This document shows, piece after piece, positions 59,084 through 64,000 of a stretch of 64,000 nt of DNA. Positions within the stretch are counted from its first letter, which is position 1; each line of letters begins with the position of its first letter. The translations under genes were made by a program, and so were the position numbers. This stretch comes from Pseudomonadota bacterium (lineage in GTDB: Bacteria > Bdellovibrionota > Bdellovibrionia > Bdellovibrionales > Bdellovibrionaceae). The notes beneath the pieces are model-generated. The model saw only the letters and a list, made by a program, of their open reading frames with translations. It was not told where the DNA came from and did no database searches. The stretch spans positions 64,001-128,000 of the forward strand of contig JBEGVH010000016.1 of assembly GCA_041178425.1 (NCBI GenBank), in the 5' to 3' direction.

Positions 59084-60934
59084 TTATTTCACCCAAACTC
59101 TATGAAGAGTATTGTTACTGCTGCTATTGGCGTAATCATCACACTCCCAACGGCTGCCTCCGCCGCGAATTCCCCAGTGATTGGCGTTACCCTTATAGAA
59201 TGTAAAGTTTGTCATGGCATCATTGCCCTGGGCGGAATAGAAACCATCCAAACCGGGTGGGGTAACCGCCGTATGCCCAGTCAATACTGTATAGCTAGTA
59301 TTAATATTGCCGCAAGTTTGACCGGTGCCGGTTTTCAAATATGTCATACAATTCGCATCTGACGTTTTGAAATGCAATATGCGATTATGTCCTGACGTCT
59401 GACAATAAAAACGTACCGATGAAAATAACATACTATTTAGAAGAGATGGCGCCACGTGCCCCCAATTATTCGCGCTAGAGGACTCATCTGTACCTAGAGA
59501 ACTTGATCCCAAGCGAGGAAAACTCGAAGTTCGCGGATTTGTAGCCGGGTTTGTTGATCCTAAGTGAAGATAATTGAGCACTAGAGTCCAACCACCTCCA
59601 TCTGTCGTTTGGTCACAATAGACAAGAAGACTCCCAACGCCGCTGAGGCTAATCATATAGAGACCACTTGTAGTAAATCCTTTGGCTCGCCAATCGGCAC
59701 AGGAACTCGGGACCTCACTGTATTTTATAATTACAGCACCAGACCCTCCCGCAGAACCGCCAGAGCCAGACCAGCGCGACCCACCTCCTCCACCGCCGGT
59801 TCCGGCAACTCCAGCCGTAGCGTCGAGTCCAAGTCCACCGTCGATGCCGCCGTTACCGCCACCTCCAGTTCCACCTTTTCCGTTGAGTGTTAGAGTTGTA
59901 TCTTGATAAATTTGTCCGCCGCCGCCGCCACCAAACCAACCAGACGCTCCGTAAGAAGTTCCAAATCTCGCGCTCAAGTTAACGCCAACGCCACCATCTC
60001 CTCCACCATCGGAACCTCTTCCACTGGTACCAACTTTGTAGTTTCCACCAACTCCACCAGCTCCTCCACCTCCCGCTGAAGCATGGGTCGGCTCAGACCC
60101 ATTCGTATTTGGCTTTCCTGTGCCTCCTGCCTTTCCGTAAGTCTGAACTCCTGAGTAGGTTGCTTGCGTGCTACCTCCTCCACTGGCAGCAGTACCCGTG
60201 TTCGAATGAGATCCGCCCCCCCCACTTCCACCGCTACTTCCGGCCTGACCGCCGTAGGAGCTTCCGGAGCCGAGTCTCGATCCCCCTCCTCCACCACCCT
60301 TGGCGGTATAGCTATTAAAAACTGAATCGCCACCATTATTGCCATTGGCTCCAATCGTGTTGGACCCACTGCCACCGCCGCCCACCGTGACCGAGTAGGC
60401 TTGAGTAGCGACGGTAATCGATGGACCATAGACTACGCCACCACCACCACCGCCGCCTCCGAAGTGGCCACCACCACCACCACCAGCAACAATAAGTACC
60501 TCAACTGCACCTGGCCCTGAAGAAACCGTGAATGTCCCATTGCTACTAAAGTAATGATATTTATAACCACTAGAGCTTGCCGTTGCCCCTCCCGTTGCTG
60601 TGAAGCAACTAGATAGCGATACTCCCGATGGCGGATTATTCTGAAAGGCCGTCCATTCTGCTGCCGTTGCCGTAGGAATAAAGAGTGCGAGTCCAGACGT
60701 ATGATAGTTGCTGACAACGCGACAAGCGCTGTGTTCGGTGATTTGCATCACCGAGGATGGCTCCATTTGATAAGAACTAGCCGATTTTGTTTCAGTAGAT
60801 GCAATTTGTAAAATGATGTTAAGAGCAAAGATTAGAACTTTTCGAAATTTAAACAAAGCTTGTTTGTTCATTTTTTTCACCATTTTTATCGATTTTCTTT
60901 CCGCTACAAAATTAAAGCAAGTTTTTATATCCAT
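59084..60934 (-). CDS. Secreted Gly-rich / fibrinogen-like (YCDxxxxGGGW) protein
   Basis: ATGG...YHYF...VAGGGGGG Gly-rich domain; SCAD...YCDQTTDGGGWTLV. Start probably near 60883-60871. Confidence 0.8.
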   Translation of the reverse strand: MDIKTCFNFVAERKSIKMVKKMNKQALFKFRKVLIFALNIILQIASTETKSASSYQMEPSSVMQITEHSACRVVSNYHTSGLALFIPTATAAEWTAFQNNPPSGVSLSSCFTATGGATASSSGYKYHYFSSNGTFTVSSGPGAVEVLIVAGGGGGGHFGGGGGGGGVVYGPSITVATQAYSVTVGGGGSGSNTIGANGNNGGDSVFNSYTAKGGGGGGSRLGSGSSYGGQAGSSGGSGGGGSHSNTGTAASGGGSTQATYSGVQTYGKAGGTGKPNTNGSEPTHASAGGGGAGGVGGNYKVGTSGRGSDGGGDGGVGVNLSARFGTSYGASGWFGGGGGGQIYQDTTLTLNGKGGTGGGGNGGIDGGLGLDATAGVAGTGGGGGGSRWSGSGGSAGGSGAVIIKYSEVPSSCADWRAKGFTTSGLYMISLSGVGSLLVYCDQTTDGGGWTLVLNYLHLGSTNPATNPRTSSFPRLGSSSLGTDESSSANNWGHVAPSLLNSMLFSSVRFYCQTSGHNRILHFKTSDANCMTYLKTGTGQTCGNINTSYTVLTGHTAVTPPGLDGFYSAQGNDAMTNFTFYKGNANHWGIRGGGSRWECDDYANSSSNNTLHRVWVK

Positions 60935-60966
60935 TGTTGATTTTAGCTAGATACCTTCAAAAATTC

Positions 60967-60999
60967 AAAAAAAAGGCCTCGGGAATTGCCCGAGGCCTT
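60967..60999 (-). terminator. recA intrinsic terminator
   Basis: AAGGCCTCGGG-aattg-CCCGAGGCCTT with a long U tail on the minus strand. Confidence 0.85.
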
Positions 61000-61028
61000 C
61001 TATCTTTTGTAACCTTTCAGAACTCAGC

Positions 61029-62135
61029 CTAATGCTTAGCAGCCTTTTTAGCTTTTTTTGCAGTGGCTGTTGCTTCTTCGTCCATCTCAGAGGCGTCATC
61101 GGTATTATTGTTTTCGTTAGAGATCAATAATTGACCAATTCCTTTTGAAGCCAAGATTTTCTCACGAAGATCTTTCATGATTTCTGGGTGCTGATGAAGG
61201 AACGTCTTCGCCTGATCACGGCCTTGTCCCATTCTCTCTCCATTGTAGCTAAACCATGCACCTGATTTATCAACCAAGTTAGCTGCTACAGCGAGATCAA
61301 GAACATCGCCTTCTGCTGAAATTCCCTCACCATACATTAAGTCGAACTCAACCTTCGCAAATGGTGGCGCCATCTTGTTCTTAACCACTTTAACCGCTGT
61401 ACGGTTTCCGACCACATCTTCACCCTGTTTAATAGAACCAACACGGCGAACATCCAAACGAACAGACGCATAAAACTTTAGTGCATTACCACCTGTGGTT
61501 GTTTCAGGATTACCGAACATAACACCAATTTTCATACGAATTTGGTTGATGAAAATAACCAAAGTTTTGCTGCGGTTGATAGCCGCTGTCAGCTTTCGTA
61601 ATGCCTGAGACATCAAGCGAGCTTGTAAGCCCATATGGCTATCGCCCATATCACCTTCAAGTTCGGCTCTAGGAACCAATGCCGCCACGGAGTCTACAAC
61701 TAGAACATCCACAGCTCCTGATCGAACAAGTGTTTCAGTAATTTCTAAAGCTTGCTCCCCAGTGTCTGGTTGAGAGATCAACAGATCTTCTGTGTTTACT
61801 CCTAGTTTGCGAGCATACGAAACATCGAGAGCATGTTCAGCATCAACAAAGGCAACAACGCCACCCTTTTTCTGAGCTTCTGCAATGGCAGACAATGCGA
61901 GAGTGGTTTTACCTGAGCTCTCCGGACCATAAATCTCCACGATACGACCACGAGGCAAGCCGCCAATACCCAAACCAACATCAAGACTCAAAGAACCTGT
62001 GCTGATAACATCGACGTCTTTCACCAAGGTTTCATTGGTGCCTAAACGCATGATAGACCCTTTACCAAACTGCTTCTCAATCGTAGAAACTGCGAGATCC
62101 AAAGCCTTGGATCTTTCATTATTTAAAGTAGACAT
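61029..62135 (-). CDS. recA: Recombinase A
   Basis: [25 protein letters not shown]. Confidence 0.99.
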   Translation of the reverse strand: MSTLNNERSKALDLAVSTIEKQFGKGSIMRLGTNETLVKDVDVISTGSLSLDVGLGIGGLPRGRIVEIYGPESSGKTTLALSAIAEAQKKGGVVAFVDAEHALDVSYARKLGVNTEDLLISQPDTGEQALEITETLVRSGAVDVLVVDSVAALVPRAELEGDMGDSHMGLQARLMSQALRKLTAAINRSKTLVIFINQIRMKIGVMFGNPETTTGGNALKFYASVRLDVRRVGSIKQGEDVVGNRTAVKVVKNKMAPPFAKVEFDLMYGEGISAEGDVLDLAVAANLVDKSGAWFSYNGERMGQGRDQAKTFLHQHPEIMKDLREKILASKGIGQLLISNENNNTDDASEMDEEATATAKKAKKAAKH

Positions 62136-62159
62136 ATTTTTCTCCTTTTTAAAACTTGA

Positions 62160-62648
62160 TTAAATCTTTTGAAGATGTTCGATCATTAGCTCCAAAGCTC
62201 TTTCACAACTTTGAGACTGAATCTCTGAGCGATCTCCGTTTAATTGTAATTTCTCAACCACTTCAAAACCCGGACCACCTACCGCAACAAACACAAGGCC
62301 CACTGGCTTCTCTGACGTTCCGCCGGTCGGACCGGCGATTCCGGTTATCGCCGCGGCCACATCGACCTTTAATATTTTTCGAACACCTACCAGCATTTCC
62401 TTTGCTGTCGGGGCGCTCACGGCTCCGTGATTCTCTAACGTACTTTGCTGAACCTGCAAGACTTCATGCTTAACGGCATTAGAATAACTAACAACAGACC
62501 CCATAAAATACTGCGACACGCCAGAAAAATGCGTAATCCAAGATGATAAAAGGCCTCCCGTACAACTTTCAGCAAAACCACAACAGAGGTTCTTTTGACG
62601 CAACAAATCAATAAATCTAATTAGCAACTTTTCTCTATTATCCGACAT
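62160..62648 (-). CDS. cinA: CinA/PncC NMN deamidase domain protein
   Basis: AESCTGG, YSNAVK, GAVS, TGIAGPTGG...KPVG. Confidence 0.9.
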   Translation of the reverse strand: MSDNREKLLIRFIDLLRQKNLCCGFAESCTGGLLSSWITHFSGVSQYFMGSVVSYSNAVKHEVLQVQQSTLENHGAVSAPTAKEMLVGVRKILKVDVAAAITGIAGPTGGTSEKPVGLVFVAVGGPGFEVVEKLQLNGDRSEIQSQSCERALELMIEHLQKI

Positions 62649-62686
62649 AGGAAATTCCTCAGCAGTTTAACACAAAATGAATTTAA

Positions 62687-63160
62687 TTAGCCCAAACTTT
62701 GAATTTGTACGCCCAACCAAGCTGTGTGATGCAAAATGATTTGTAGAATGACGTTGCCCATGATGCCGGCAACGATGTCGTCTGCTACCACACCAAAACC
62801 TCCAGGAACTTTGCGATCGAAATAACTCACAGGAAAAGGCTTTAGAATATCAAAAAAACGAAAAAGTAAAAAACCCAACACGAATGATTGCCAGGTCAAT
62901 GGAAGCCAGGTCATCGTGATGAGCATTCCGACGCACTCATCAATAACAATCTCTTTAGAATCGTGGTGAGCTGATTGTCTCTCGTAATGCTCGGCGGCCA
63001 CGATGGCTAAAATGGCTAAACCTAAGCTGACCGCCATATACACCAGAGGCCCCATTTTCATAAGCACAAAACAAATGGGTAGCGTGGCCAAACTCCCCCA
63101 GGTTCCAGGGGCTTTGGGCGCCTTTCCGATTCCGAACATGGTCGCAATTTTTAAAAGCAT
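62687..63160 (-). CDS. pgpA: Phosphatidylglycerophosphatase A
   Basis: APGTWGS, IVIDE, FRFFDILKP, DDIVAG. Confidence 0.95.
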   Translation of the reverse strand: MLLKIATMFGIGKAPKAPGTWGSLATLPICFVLMKMGPLVYMAVSLGLAILAIVAAEHYERQSAHHDSKEIVIDECVGMLITMTWLPLTWQSFVLGFLLFRFFDILKPFPVSYFDRKVPGGFGVVADDIVAGIMGNVILQIILHHTAWLGVQIQSLG

Positions 63161-63268
63161 CTAAATCTCCCCCAACCCATTGAGCGTCAGCTCTATCTGT
63201 TTTAATTAGAATTGCCCCTCTTTTGCTTTTGCGTCTAGTTGTGATACAACGAGACGGAAGGATTTCTG

Positions 63269-64000
<732 letters not shown>

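Noticed and set aside
59102..60717. Several overlapping Pro- or Val-rich ORFs
   Set aside because: Frame shadows of the Gly-rich codons in 59084..60934.

Overview
Bacterial chromosome segment, most likely a predatory Bdellovibrionota genome. This is inferred from the many secreted peptidases and lineage-type lipoproteins, a DacB-like peptidase and a Hypr-type GGDEF protein. Most of the window is core genes: uvrD/pcrA, speA, trmB, trxB, queA-tgt-yajC-secD-secF, recJ, queC, pyrC, pal-cpoB-tsaD-rsmA-smpB, pgpA-cinA-recA and recX-alaS. The main accessory region runs from about 33.9 to 41.3 kb and ends at the 3' end of a tRNA-Met. It holds (i) two convergent operons, folE/GbsR-type regulator/stand-alone E2-type acyltransferase and DUF393/DUF1772-like, each preceded by a GTTYA-N8-TRAAC palindrome; (ii) a lipoprotein with a C-terminal SAA/Wnt-like (lipocone, DUF6973-like) putative toxin domain cut by one in-frame TAA, coupled to a BamE-like putative immunity gene; (iii) a heavily deleted AbiEi/AbiEii remnant missing from the ORF track; and (iv) an ISL3 fragment. 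Other items of note are a REC-GGDEF protein with the Asp-to-Ser signature of 3',3'-cGAMP synthases, a secreted protein with a prion-like N/G/M tail, a candidate structured ncRNA or MITE, and a Gly-rich/fibrinogen-like fibre protein. All family calls come from motif recognition by eye; no database searches were run.
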